A DNA stretch of 64,000 nt from Trichoplax adhaerens (Eukaryota > Animalia > Placozoa): assembly GCF_000150275.1 (NCBI RefSeq), contig NW_002060955.1:1346287-1410286 (forward strand). The letters run 5' to 3'. How positions within the stretch are numbered: position 1 is the stretch's first letter; the number at the start of each line of letters is the position of its first letter. Of this stretch, positions 37,701-50,170 are shown one piece after another. The notes below the pieces were generated by a model. That model was not told where the DNA came from. It saw only the letters and a program-made list of their open reading frames with translations, and did no database searches. Position numbers and translations under genes: made by a program.

Positions 37701-40700
37701 AGATTTCAACATGGAATTTCCTTCTACTCTGATGTCAATGACTACACAATTTATGATGTACAATATACTAGCCATCGAAAGAGGTTATGATTTGATGACA
37801 ATCAAATTCTAGATAGACCTAGAGTAATATTTTCGCTGTTGATTCGTACTGTAGGTAATCAGTAAGATATCAAACATGGACTTGAGTAATGGGCAATGGA
37901 TGATTTTATCCTTGTCAAATCCTATCTACGCGTAGAGTAAAGTAGTGTAGATTGAAATCGAAAATTTCCTTCTCTTCTGATATCCATGACGATGGAATTC
38001 ATTGCATAATTTGATAACAAGGCACTTGGAAGATAATGTAAAAGGAATATCGCTACTGTTGATTCATACAGGAAATCGCCAGCAACATGTCGAAAATGAA
38101 CTTCAATAGTTAGCAAACGACAATTTTTATCCTTACCAATTCTTTCTACAAGTACAGTAAAGTAAAATGTGGGTTGAAATAGAAAGTTTGTCTTCTCTTC
38201 TGATATCTGTGACTCGAAAATGCATTCCATAAGTTGATAAAAAGGGAGATAATGGAAAGGAATATCATCACTATTCATTCATATAGTAAGTACGAAGATG
38301 ACGATTTTATAGAATCACTTTACACCCTTGTTAGTGAATGTAGGTTTAAATGGAAAATATCCTTGATTTCTGACATCAATGACCACTAACGTTATTATGG
38401 ACTCTTTGCTAGCCATTAATGTAGTTTATGCCTCGATTTGATAACGAGAAACTTTCAAGATAGTCAGTAATACAGCTCTCACTGTGGACAGTTGATGAGC
38501 AACACCTCGAAATGAGGACTTTTCTTCCTGTCCATCTCTATCCAGGCATGCAAGTCCAACTGTAAAATGGCCTGCCTACTCTAATATTCATGACGACCGA
38601 ATTGATGATATATGCTAGCCATGGAAGCCGTTTATTTTCACCATTTGATGACGATAAACTTGAAGACATTATAAAGTGATCTCCTCACTGTACGTTAGCC
38701 ATACTGTAAGGATCAAGCAGCGTGTCTTAACATCATTTTCTATCCTTGTAGATCATTTGAAAGTGTAGTAATGTAGATAGAAATTCAGCTAGAAACTTCT
38801 CTCTTACCTTAACCATTAATACACCCTTCAAAATATGACCTATGAACGCTTTAATAAGCGTAAGATGTCAAAATAATATCCAATTTACACATGAGCAATC
38901 GATACGTCGATGGAAGAACTCGATTGTTGTAATATTCATGAATTAGATTAATTTAGCTGTAATTACAAAAATGTGGATTTATAATTATGGATCCAATTTC
39001 TACTACTTCTAAACGCCTCTATATGCAAATTTTTAAACTATATCATAACCTAATGCAGCGGTGAAAGGCAATATTGTTAATTTGAAATTATTCTCATGCC
39101 ATATACGATGATGAAGAGTAACGAGTTTGTCATTATTGCCAGTCTTGAGCTTGAAGAGACGACAGTAACGCTGATCATCCTAACGTTTGCAATAATTTCT
39201 GGCACCAGGATATCTGTTCTATTTCTGCAATGATTATTATCTCGCCGGTACTATACGCACAGTCAATGTTGATGGAGGTTTTGGACATTCTTGAAGTTCG
39301 ATAAAATGGGAGATAACTGTAGTCAACTTAAAAATGACAACTTTTGATGAATAATAATTATTATCGTATTTTTCAACCGAAATGTGTGTTGTTATTAAAG
39401 TGTTCCACATCGTATATGACATAAAGAGTGGACACAATTGAAGCTTGAATTTTCCTCCTTTTGATTCTATATAGGTTGGATTGTACTCCAAGTATTCGGT
39501 TAGAGCACGCCATGACGATAGTAAATTAGTAAATCAGGCAGAAAATAGAAAATCATTGGACGTTTCTGACAAGAATAAAATTCGACGTGATAAAGTATTA
39601 CAAGCAGTACATAATCGAAGGAGTTTAATATCCGATTCCTTAATTGTAAGCTCGGCTAACCAATTACTATCGAAAAAGATCCCTAAAGAAAAGTCTCATT
39701 CAGCGCATACAAGTCCTACGTTACGCCACAAATTATACAGCAAATTAGGTAAGTAATTACTTGCTGAAGCACAACTAGTTTTCACTCACTTGTTGATAAA
39801 ATGGAAAGATAATATTGACAACTTGCTACTCTAGATTACGATTAAGTTATAATTGAATAGTTTCTTGAACTATCAATAAAACTATTGCGTATTTCTATTT
39901 TTTCCCCTAAACAGATGTAGAACCTAACGGCAAAGTAAAGAAACAACAAGTCGATGAGGAACATTATTATTGTGTACCTAGCGATATTAGAAGTAATAAA
40001 CCGGTAGAAAACAATTTAAGAGATCGAGCTCAAGCTGATACTACAACTGACGATTATCAAGTACCTCGTCAAGCAATTATTCAACCTGTTGATGATATAA
40101 TGAGGTCCAGTGGTAGTTTCGGAGATGCAAACGCATTTATTCGAAATAATGGTTCCCATGATACCAATACTACTGATGCCAAAATCAGAAATGGCAGTCG
40201 TAGACATAAATCTCACAAATTTGAAAGTGCAGAAGATTTAGCTTTACTTCCAAATAAGAAAGGCTCTCCATTGAGTTATACACATAAGAAACTTACTAAA
40301 GCTCTTTCAGCTAAACTGCTTCTTGATGATGACGCCGTTAAGGTGCCAACACATTATCCCAAATTGAAATCACGACCGTCGATTCGTAAAATACTTCTTC
40401 ATGGTGTATCTGGTCGTTCGGTGACAAATTCAAGTAGCAGCAGTCCTATACTAACTTCAAAAAAGCAACACTCAAAAGAAGATGATGTTGCTAACACTCC
40501 ACCACCGTTAGATCCAAATATTAAAAATATGGGAAATGATAAGACCAATAAAAACACTGAGGATTCAGTTGCTGCGACCTCAATAAGCTCTATTGAGGTA
40601 CATCTTGATTACCAGCGTAGAATTGGAAAAGATCAGTGATACGACCTGCTTACTGAAATTTTCTTATTTATTTTCTCAAGGATACTAGACATCATATCTT

Positions 40701-43700
40701 ACAAAATCTTTTAGAAACAGAAATAAATTACGTAGCAGCTCTCCGGACATTGAAGCAGGTATACGGCATGTGACTATTAATCCATGTTTTTATCCATATA
40801 AGTCACATTAAGATTTTTACTGTTATATACTTTATTAATGAATTAACTTATTGTGAATCTCAACAACTTTTGAACTACTAGTATCACATGATAATTTTAA
40901 TTAAAGAAAGACAATTTCTATTACTAATGTATTTAAAGGACCACTTAAAGTAAATTAAAGGAAAGTATAAATAGGATGAGTTACAGTTGATAACTGATAC
41001 TTTTACTACAAAAGATTCTGTTACTTTACGCTATATTGACGTACTGTAACATGTACCTAGGCAGGATAAATTGCTAGTAGAATGTAATTTCTTGGTTTAA
41101 CCTTGATCAGATTTATGCGTTAATCACCTATCTGCAATATATATTGCTTTTACATTTTTGGATGATCATATTCCGTATTTTGTAGGATTATTATAATACT
41201 CTTAAGGATCCTAGCAATAACATCGTCATTAATAAGAACTTAATCAATGCCATATTCTATCAAGTACCGGAAATTTTGTTGTGTCATGATTTTTTCCTCG
41301 ATCAGTTGGCTCGTCGAATAGAAACTAGCGACAATAAAAGGAGGATAGGAGATTTATTCCTTCAAAGTGTATGTTACTTAACAGTTTACTTGTTTTCTGG
41401 CAATGAGCTATTCTTAAAAATTATTATTATCCGCTCGTTACTTCGTACTGTTTTACTTGTTACTAATAGGATCGGTTTGCTTTTTTTTAGTTTACCAAGG
41501 TTATCCTGGTTAACGCCTACAGTAACTTTATTATAAATTTTTCAAGAGCTAGAAAAGCATTAACAGTTGCCTATTCATCAAATGAAGGATTCCAAAAGTT
41601 CTTAGAAGTAAGTCAAGATTGAAATTTTAAAGACGTATTGTCTATATCTTACGCGTCATTTACTAGGTATGTGCTAAAGAACATAAAGAAAAATTAACGT
41701 TACAAGATCTTATGATTATGCCCGTTCAGAGAATCCCGCGATATGTTTTGGTGCTTAAGGTGACCATTCTTTTTGAAGCTAGAGCTATCTATCTTGGATA
41801 AATTTTCTTGCATATTGCTGACAAATTATTCAATCTTATTGTGTATGGACTGAATATTGACGTATAAAGTTGTTGTTATTAGGAATTGTTAAAGTATACG
41901 CCTCTATCACATCACGATTACGATAGTTTAAAGGTTGCATTAAGAGAGTTGCGAAAGCTTGCTGATTCTATGAATGAAGTTAAAGTAGAAAGGGAAAGGC
42001 ATAAAAAGGAAGAAGAGAAAATTCGTGATATTGAAATCCTTATCGATGGTTTTCCACATGTATGTAGAAACTAGCGACATTTCTACGAGTGTGATTCTCA
42101 ATTATTAAAATTGATATTCATTGTTTGTCTCATATGGATAGCTTGCATCACCAGGAAGACACTTTATAAGACGCGATAACGTATCTGAATTGGTAAGTCT
42201 ACTAGATTACTTTAGCTTAATTTTGGCTATACTTTTAACCTTTCGGTCTTTCGATATGTATTAATAAGGGCAAAGGTATAGTTAGGAAGGATAGGAGTTT
42301 AATTCTCTTTTCCGATCTGTTGGTATGTGTTGTTAAGCGGAGAGCTGGCACATTTAAAAGGTATAGACTTACGGTATCATCACAGTTTAACTTTTCAGAT
42401 CGCTTGTTAGGCTACTTCATTAACTACTTTATCTCAATATCGATTTAATGCAAAGAATGAGTTCCGGTGAGACATTTAAGTATAGGCTGCAATGGATGGC
42501 GCCTTTGCGAGATATAAGCATTTGTCAAGGTATGCAATGATCGTAATAGTAACTTTGGAAAAATAAAATAATCGTCAATAATACGCGTAGCCTGTAGGGA
42601 TTTACTAAAAATGCTATCTATCGTTTTATTTATTTAGCGCCATCAACTGCAACAGTAGGGCAAAATTCTCGTATATTGACTGATAAGAGCGCAATAAAAG
42701 AAATTGAACATGATTTACATATTATGCGGCAAATTACTACACTCTCTGAGTCTCTTAACTGCAACCATAAGGTTTTTAAATCAGTTTCTTTAGTTCTATC
42801 TGTTCGTTATACTGCCAGCTAATTCGAGGCATGCTTTTAATAGGAACTGCAGCATTGCTCACAAAAGCTAACGGAAGATTTAGCGCAAAAATTGCAACAA
42901 GCTGCAAATCTGCTGGAAAAGCATCAATTGGCGGAGCAAAAACAAAACACTTCCGGTCTACTATTTACACTGGTAGAATTATCTATCAATTTTCGGTAAA
43001 TACTCTAGAACATCTTACGTGACTAAGAGGCGATTACATTTAATTTTGATGCACTGATTTTTTCACGGATTTGGTTGGATTAGGGATGGTAGTGAAGCAA
43101 CTTTTTCGTTCTCTTTTGAATCTCCTGAAGCCAAATCATCATGGAAATATGATTTTGCGGATCTTTTAAAGCGTCTAGGTAATAAATGTGTAATTAGCAA
43201 CGTAACTAGCTCAATGTTGCTCAAGGAATGAGTTTTGCTGATGTTTTAGAGAGCATAGATGACGATGAGGAAAGAAAAGCACTGCCTAAGTTGGACCGTA
43301 CTTGGGAATTTCCAAATACTGATGTTAATGAACAAGAAAATTTAAAGGTAATGATTCTAATAACATCTAATAACAGTATAGTAGTTTTGTCATTGCTGTA
43401 TGATAAGAGACAGTATTGGTGACTGAATATTATCTACTACATGTAGGTAATTCGTTGGGCCAATTCAATGATTTATAATATTACTGGATCAAGTATACAG
43501 GATTTACACAAGAATAGCGCTGTATGGATGGCACTTGGCAATTCCAATAGGACTGAAATTCATTGTCTCTCTATAAAATCTGATCAGATTATATGCAATA
43601 AGGTGATTGACATGAAGGAAAGTGTAACTTCGTTAGCCTGTGCACCTTTCAATTTAAATTTTAGATCGAACATACATATGACAGAGGATAGCAATGATCA

Positions 43701-45855
43701 GTTCACAAATGATATTGTAAAGATAGCAAATTTAAATCATGCGAAAAGTGTTAAAGAGCTCCAAGTCGATTCCATAAGTAATCGTACTGAAACCATTGAG
43801 ACATCTATAACTGACGATAACAACTCGTTATCATCACTCAATGAGCCTCATATCACTGTACAAGCTGACAAAATTATTGTCAGTACCATTGAAGCCGATT
43901 GTAAGCCTAGCAATAACTTCATGGAAATAACATATTCAAATGATGATAACGCGATGAAAGATGACTTGGAAAGAAATACATCCTCAGAGTTGAATTCATC
44001 GACAGACGAGACACCAAATGCAGTTAATGCTATTGAAGGTAGAGTAGTTTTGCTTCATTCAATGATGATTACAAAATTTTGATTTTGACTACAAAGTAAA
44101 AGATCTTTAATTGTGTAAATTCATTAAATAAATTAGAAGATAATGCGAAATCTACGACACATAATCAAGTTAATGCGCCAGATTCATTTGGTAATGAATC
44201 CTTAAAATTAAGCCAATTGAGTAAATACTACACAGATCGTGAACCTGCATCACCCCAATTGAATACCGATAGAGAGTCATACTATGGTTCATTGGATGAT
44301 ACTACAAAAGAATTATTCGTCTGGTTGGATGATATGGAAGGAAGAAATACGTTATGGATAGCTTTAAACAATGGGAGGTGAGTTGGATTGCAAAACTTTT
44401 TAAAAAAATGTTACCGTTTTTCTGTGTATTTGTCGTCACTTCTAACTCGTTTTATTTGTGTCGGTACTATTATAATTATCACTGTAATAGTATTCGCATT
44501 TTAAGTTGCCATTTAAAGGATCAAAAGAAAGAAGTGATATTTCAGCACGATGCACCGATAACTGCTATCCTGTAAGTAGCAAATCATACCGTAATTAATT
44601 AATTTAAATAAATTATTGTAAATATTTATACTGCAGTAGTGGCGTGTATTAGGCTTTTATTGATTAATCATTTTTATCTATCTGTAGATATACCAAGAAT
44701 AGAGTATTTTTGTCATTAACAAGTGGCAACCTTCTTGTATATAATCTTGGTAACTAGAGATAGGCTTAAACTGGAATATAGTTCATTTTTTTTAATTTCA
44801 GTATTGCAATAGTTGACGCGAATTTTTTGTGTATTTTAGGATCTGGGAATAATGATAATCACGACGCTGTTAAAATACATTTATTTGAGACTCCAATTAC
44901 GTATATGATCGACGCCCTAGATACTATCTGGTGCAGCTGCGAAAATAATATAAAAGTCATCAACATTGAAACACTATCTATAGAGGTAAGCAGCGCGTAG
45001 ATATTGCACATACTGCGGTTATTCGATATTAACAAGGGCAATTTCTTGTAAATTTGCATCGTCGCTATCCTTAATGTCATGATTTACTGGATGTTGAATG
45101 TGTTCTTTAGGCAAGTATTATCATCAATGTTAAGAAAGATAGTAAAATTGATAAAATGATATACTACAAGACCGGTGTTTGGGTCTCTTTTTCGCGCAAT
45201 TCCATTCTTCGATTATTTCATGCAATTAGTTACGAGCGTTTACTAGTTATCGATACAGCTCCAGATGTATTATCAGGTTAGTTTGATACAAGATGGCTGT
45301 TACATTTTTGCTATCTTTCTATTAAATTACTTACTGCTGACTAATTAATAACTATTAGGTATCGATAGCGACGGCATGCAAAGTCTCTACGATATGGGAA
45401 ATGATATTCAAGTAACTTCGCTTTTAGTCTACAATGATTTATTATGGATTGGTACTAATATGGGAGCTATACTGAATTTACCTTTACCTAATATTACGAT
45501 CTCTACGTCTTGTTTGGAACAATGTCCTCCCATAACGTTGCTCAGTTGCGGTCATTATGGTTCCGTCGATATGCTTAGTGTTATTATTACCACATCAGCA
45601 TATGATAGTGATACATCTGACGCAGGGTCAGGTTGCCGTTTCGACTCTCCAACGCTGTCAAGATGTAGTAGTCATGGCAAAGATGATAGTGCGTCTTATG
45701 CTGAAGGAGTTGCCAGTGTGTTTATTGTGAGTTGTGGTCATGGCTGCCGAACTTTTAAGAATAGTTCCAAGCAGCAATTGGATGATGAAAAATTACCTAA
45801 AAATAGCAAAGGATTGTCAGTATTGTTTTGGAGAGTATCGGAATTTAATGTTTAA
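34739..45855 (+). CDS. ARHGEF17: Rho guanine nucleotide exchange factor, ARHGEF17-like (DH-PH plus C-terminal beta-propeller), multi-exon
   Basis: DH domain across exons from 40681: RHHILQNLLETEINYV, IFYQVPEILLCHDFFL, IGDLFLQS|FTKVILVNAYSNF, EHKEKLTLQDLMIMPVQRIPRY and LLKYTP, which match recalled ARHGEF17 DH sequence. PH-like RKDRSLILFSDLLVC. Propeller motifs LWIGTNMG, CGHYG and terminal VLFWRV. Proposed in-frame first exons: 34739-34880 (caaaATG), 35922-35953, 39475-39748, then from 39915. Confidence 0.85.
35190..35620. repeat. ~155-160-bp tandem duplication with further degenerate copies in ARHGEF17 intron 1
   Basis: aaaatag.gttgaatatgaa...tacgga.tacttttaattt.acaaacgctttctc...ggtcaaagtt.cagatggaagaggatgattttt is repeated. 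Confidence 0.85.
35957..37090. repeat. Tandem repeat family with 130-194-bp units in ARHGEF17 intron 2
   Basis: gatcttggctgtagtagcatagcatagct occurs near 36410, 36604, 36798 and 36930. The cgagtctgtttact and gatgtaacctatc landmarks recur from the exon-2 donor onward. Confidence 0.92.
37180..38760. repeat. Old, highly degenerate ~200-250-bp tandem repeats in ARHGEF17 intron 2
   Basis: Recurring cgctgttgattc, atccttgtcaa, tttccttctc and ctagccat motifs in the same order. Confidence 0.6.
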
Positions 45856-46658
45856 CTGGCTTATGTAAAAAACAGTTGATACTTTTACAATATTGTAATA
45901 TATTGTAGTCGATTGTTACTGGCTAAGTGCCTTTGTTTCGACAATTAGCGCAAAGTACGATAGCGCATCGAACTAATTAATACGCCTAAGGCAAAGATAA
46001 AACTTTTAATTATATTATAGAATAGTTTGCTGAAAGATAGGTTTTGCAAAGCGTTTTGTAAATTTTAATCGTGCCATTTAAATGACGGCTACAAAAGAAG
46101 TAAAATAATTTAATATTTCCAATGCTGTTGCATTGAATAATCTAACAGTTACTATTTTTCTTAGCATTGTTTATCTGAGTATACGGCAGCAGTCTATGCT
46201 TGTTAATGAGTCTCGATTGGAGGCGTTATAGTGTTTACTAATATAAATGCTTGTATTCGGAGGATAAAGCTGTTTAATTTTCATATTGTCGATCAATGTT
46301 ATCATTATAATTGTTAAATTAGGAATAAATTAATTATTTTGAGATGGCAATTTTTACCGTTTATACCTCAGTAGTGGTATTTACTACCGTGATTACTATA
46401 TTGGTATGTAATATCTTACATTTAGGAAATCAATAAATATGATGAAGGAAAATTAAATCGATTTCTGCCAGCTATAGTTGCTCCTATTGTAGTTTATCTA
46501 GTAGGTTATAAAACATTCTGAATTTATTTGTATCTCTCATTAATCTGAATCAGTCATCTTTAGAACTTGTACTGCTACTCTTACTCCATCATGCAGTAAT
46601 GGCGATGTGTAGACCGACTACTCTATTTTGCTGTTCAACCGTACTAACTAACTATGAA

Positions 46659-46762
46659 CCGGATCATCCGTGGACGGACAGACCTTTTCGGCCTCATCCC
46701 GTCAAAATATTGTACCTAACCCTCCGCGTTATGGCTGTACTTTACTATTCGGATGGTCGATT
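46659..46762. repeat. Dispersed ~105-115-bp element, copy 1 (copy 2 at 61350-61464); possible structured RNA
   Basis: The colinear pattern ccggat...tggac(g/a)gacagac...gcctcatc(c/a)cgt..aaatat...ggtcgatt is found in both copies. Confidence 0.75.
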
Positions 46763-48357
46763 TTGAATTGGCTGATGTTTTCTAAATGAAGTAATACTAC
46801 TGTGCACTGTGCAGTCATGGTGTTCAAGTGCAGCGTACAGTACATTGATTGAATCTTAACTTTAATTTCAGAGTCCTGCAATGGAGTGAAAACGCAACCC
46901 GAACTCGATTAAATTGTTGATTTTCAAACCCGAAACGAGTGCAATCGCTCTACAAACACTGTATCACCCACAGAAATGGTTAACCCGAATCTTGCTCTCA
47001 AGTCGGGTTGCGAGTAGACGTTGAAGGATACTGCTTAATTGAGTATTGTATCTGCTACAAAGTTCTGCTTGAAAAGAGTTTTAGGATCAATATACAAATT
47101 CGCAAATACGATATGGTTAGAATCGACTGTTTCAATATCAATATTGTACGACTCTCCTATATTACAAGTATAATATTGGAATCTGCTGTATCGTATTTTA
47201 TACATGTAATGTAGAGGAATCGCATGTTGATGTTGATCCAGTCAAGACTGTAAACGCAATTTTAAATTAGTACTTATGATTTCGAAAATAGAGATGGAAG
47301 AACCATATTAAGTAGTCATTTTCCGATATTGAAGGCCTCCGTTGGAAACCAAAGTCCGTCTGTCTATATCTCAAAACTATAGTACTGTACTGTACTGTAT
47401 GGTATCATACGTATGAATGATGGCATACGGACATACGGATGGAACGGTACTCGAGTAACCGTGACGTAATTATGAATCACCGTCACCCTGTGGGACAGTG
47501 ACACCGAGTAACGGTCGACTGGAACGTGTTGAAGCACGCACGAACTGTTCAATGGTGACACGTTCGACCTCGGCGTGATCATGATAGTAAGTTAACCTAC
47601 TGTACAATTCAAGCCAACGTGATATAGGGAATAGTAAGGCGTCGACAGATTAGTAAAGCGTACTGTGCTTTTGACATCCGATGCTATACAAAAGGAGCAT
47701 CACTCGTGTCCAATTGGCATTAATTACCTGCAAAACTTGGAGGATTGCGCGGCATGTTTGCTCTTATGTGCAACTCTCTTGAAGCAAGCAGGGACAGTAA
47801 AATGTAAGTGCAATGTCTTCCATGCTACACAGAATTCATCTTGATGTTTGTAGCCCCGTTTATTGCACACAAAATGATTTCATAGACATGTTTGATGTTT
47901 GTGATGACAAGCAACAAGATCGGATATTCGATCGACTCTGCCATGATACGCTTACTTGAGAAAGTTGAAACTAGAAATGCAAGTGCAAAATGATATCAAA
48001 AAGCTCCGTAGTGATTGTTGAAAATAATTGGAAAAGGAGTCGAATCGGTTATCGATAGTGTAGATGGTCATGGATAGGCAGGAATGAAAAAGTATTCATT
48101 TTGTTCTTTCCTTTAGCTCTATATAGTAGTAAACAGAAAAGATATTATGCATATCGTGCTACTGTAGTGCTGTTTGATTAGTAAAATAGGATCTACAAGA
48201 TGGCTTACGATGCTTTTGAGTGGTGCAGTGACTGCAGTCAGAGCCAATTGCAACGATACTGTAATCAAGCATATCAGATTATCGAGGCAAATGGATAAGA
48301 ACTAATAAAAGTCTTTAATGATAAATAATTGTAACTGACGGTTGACTCTGTTTTACT

Positions 48358-48600
48358 GCTTAATTATTTGATTGATGGTAAAGCACAATACAGTAAGATA
48401 TCAAGGAGTCTATGATAGTTCTGCTGCTAATTTGTTATTTTCCTCTAACTTTTATCTTATTCGTTGATGCATCTGTAATAGCTTAATTATTTGATTGACG
48501 GTAAAGTACACTACATTAAAATATCAAGGAGTCTATGATAGTTGTGTTTCGGATTTGTTATCTTCCAGTAACTGTTGTCCTGTGCGAGGATCATCTGTAA
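48358..48600. repeat. 123-bp tandem duplication
   Basis: gcttaattatttgattga.ggtaaag.aca.taca.taa.atatcaaggagtctatgatagtt occurs at 48358 and 48481. Confidence 0.9.
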
Positions 48601-49990
48601 TAAAGTTGGACTTCATAAAATTTGATAGTTATGGCTGAATAGACGATAAGTAGAACACTACTTAAATGTTTTTCAACATCTTTACGTCCTATATACAGTA
48701 CATCTGCGTCTTTCCCATAGAATGCGTTTACTTTACTTCGTGAAAATGAAATGTTAGAGCTGCAAGTCAAGGCAAATAGGTATGAAACTTAACCAATTCT
48801 ATTGCACACGAATTGGTAGACGTGAAATTGCTTAACAGGATTCAGCAAGAGGATTCATACGTTAATTAGCGTTAACGAAATACGAGAGTAGCCATGCACT
48901 GATGAAGATCTGGTTGTATGATCTATAGACAAGTACAACTAATGAACTAATTAATTTCTTACTAAACTATACCAGCACATCGCCTATCGGGTAATTGTGG
49001 CTTAAATTTGGTCATTAAATCTTTAACATGATATATTACGATGATGACGTAATTTGACTTTACTATACAGGCTACAGCAATCATTATATGAAAACATTTC
49101 AAGACTACTTTTATGTAACATATTTATCTACTGCAACAACTACAATATACGAGTTGACATGATAAGTTGTGATAGCAGTTAATGGTGTTGACTTCTAATT
49201 TTAAAATAAAGTATTTACGGTATTCGCTAGTGGTCTTCTCAAACGATTCTACTTATTACTCTTGTGGGGCAATTTTACTTTATGCAAATGTAGGAATACC
49301 TGCACACCTTTCGTGCTGAAGCCGGTAGAGTACCGTACGTCTTGTTTACAGTTATTAATTTTGTAGGATGATTTACTTGCTGTGTAGGATTGGCGAAATC
49401 AAATCAAGTGATTTGTAGTTATCGCTATTTTCATGGTATAAGATTCCGTAGCATTACTTAATTCATACTGCATGTTAATCGATAGGAAAATTTGATTAAG
49501 CTAATGTTATGTGCACCATGATGAATGTTAGTTTGCTGGCTTAATACAATAAGACTTCATTTGCGAGTGCAATGCGTACGGTAGTGTGCAAACAAAATTC
49601 TTACTTGTTATTACTGCAGCAAACTTTGAAGGTGATAGCCCCATGAAAGAGCTCTCTGTAAATGGAAGTTGAAACCGTAGAGTTCTTTCCATTTACCTCT
49701 ATGGTTGGAACATACGTGTATGTTGTGTGTTTACTCTTCAATAATACCGGAATATGTTGCGTTCGTCGGCTCATTGGTCGACATATCGCTGATGATACTT
49801 ACATTTTCCGTAAGCTAGTGAATGAGTTATAGCCACAACGATAAATATAAAATTGAATCGCGTACTGTGGTAGCTCAGTCTTTCACTTGCTCGTTAAAGT
49901 GAACCACTTGTACTTCTATCTAAATGACAATTATTTCTGTTTCTATTATTACTCTCGTGCTCTAAAATAAAATCTGTTGTAAAAGGAAAG

Positions 49991-50170
49991 TGCAGCAATA
50001 CTTTATGACCTGCATGGAATGATTGAAGTATTTAATAATAATAAGTGAATGAATGATCAGGGATTTGCTATTCTAGTAGTTGCAGCAGTACTTTATGACC
50101 TGCATGGAATGATTAGAGCATTTAATAATAGGTAAATGAATGATCAGGGACTTGCTATTCTAGTAGTTAT
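49991..50170. repeat. ~90-bp tandem duplication
   Basis: tgcagca.tactttatgacctgcatggaatgatt...gaatgatcaggga.ttgctattctagtagtt occurs twice. Confidence 0.9.

Noticed and set aside
46670-46705. Hammerhead-ribozyme-like GATGAGGCCGAAA on the minus strand
   Set aside because: It lacks the CUGAUGA core (reads GGGAUGA, or GUGAUGA in copy 2) and has no GAAA after stem II.
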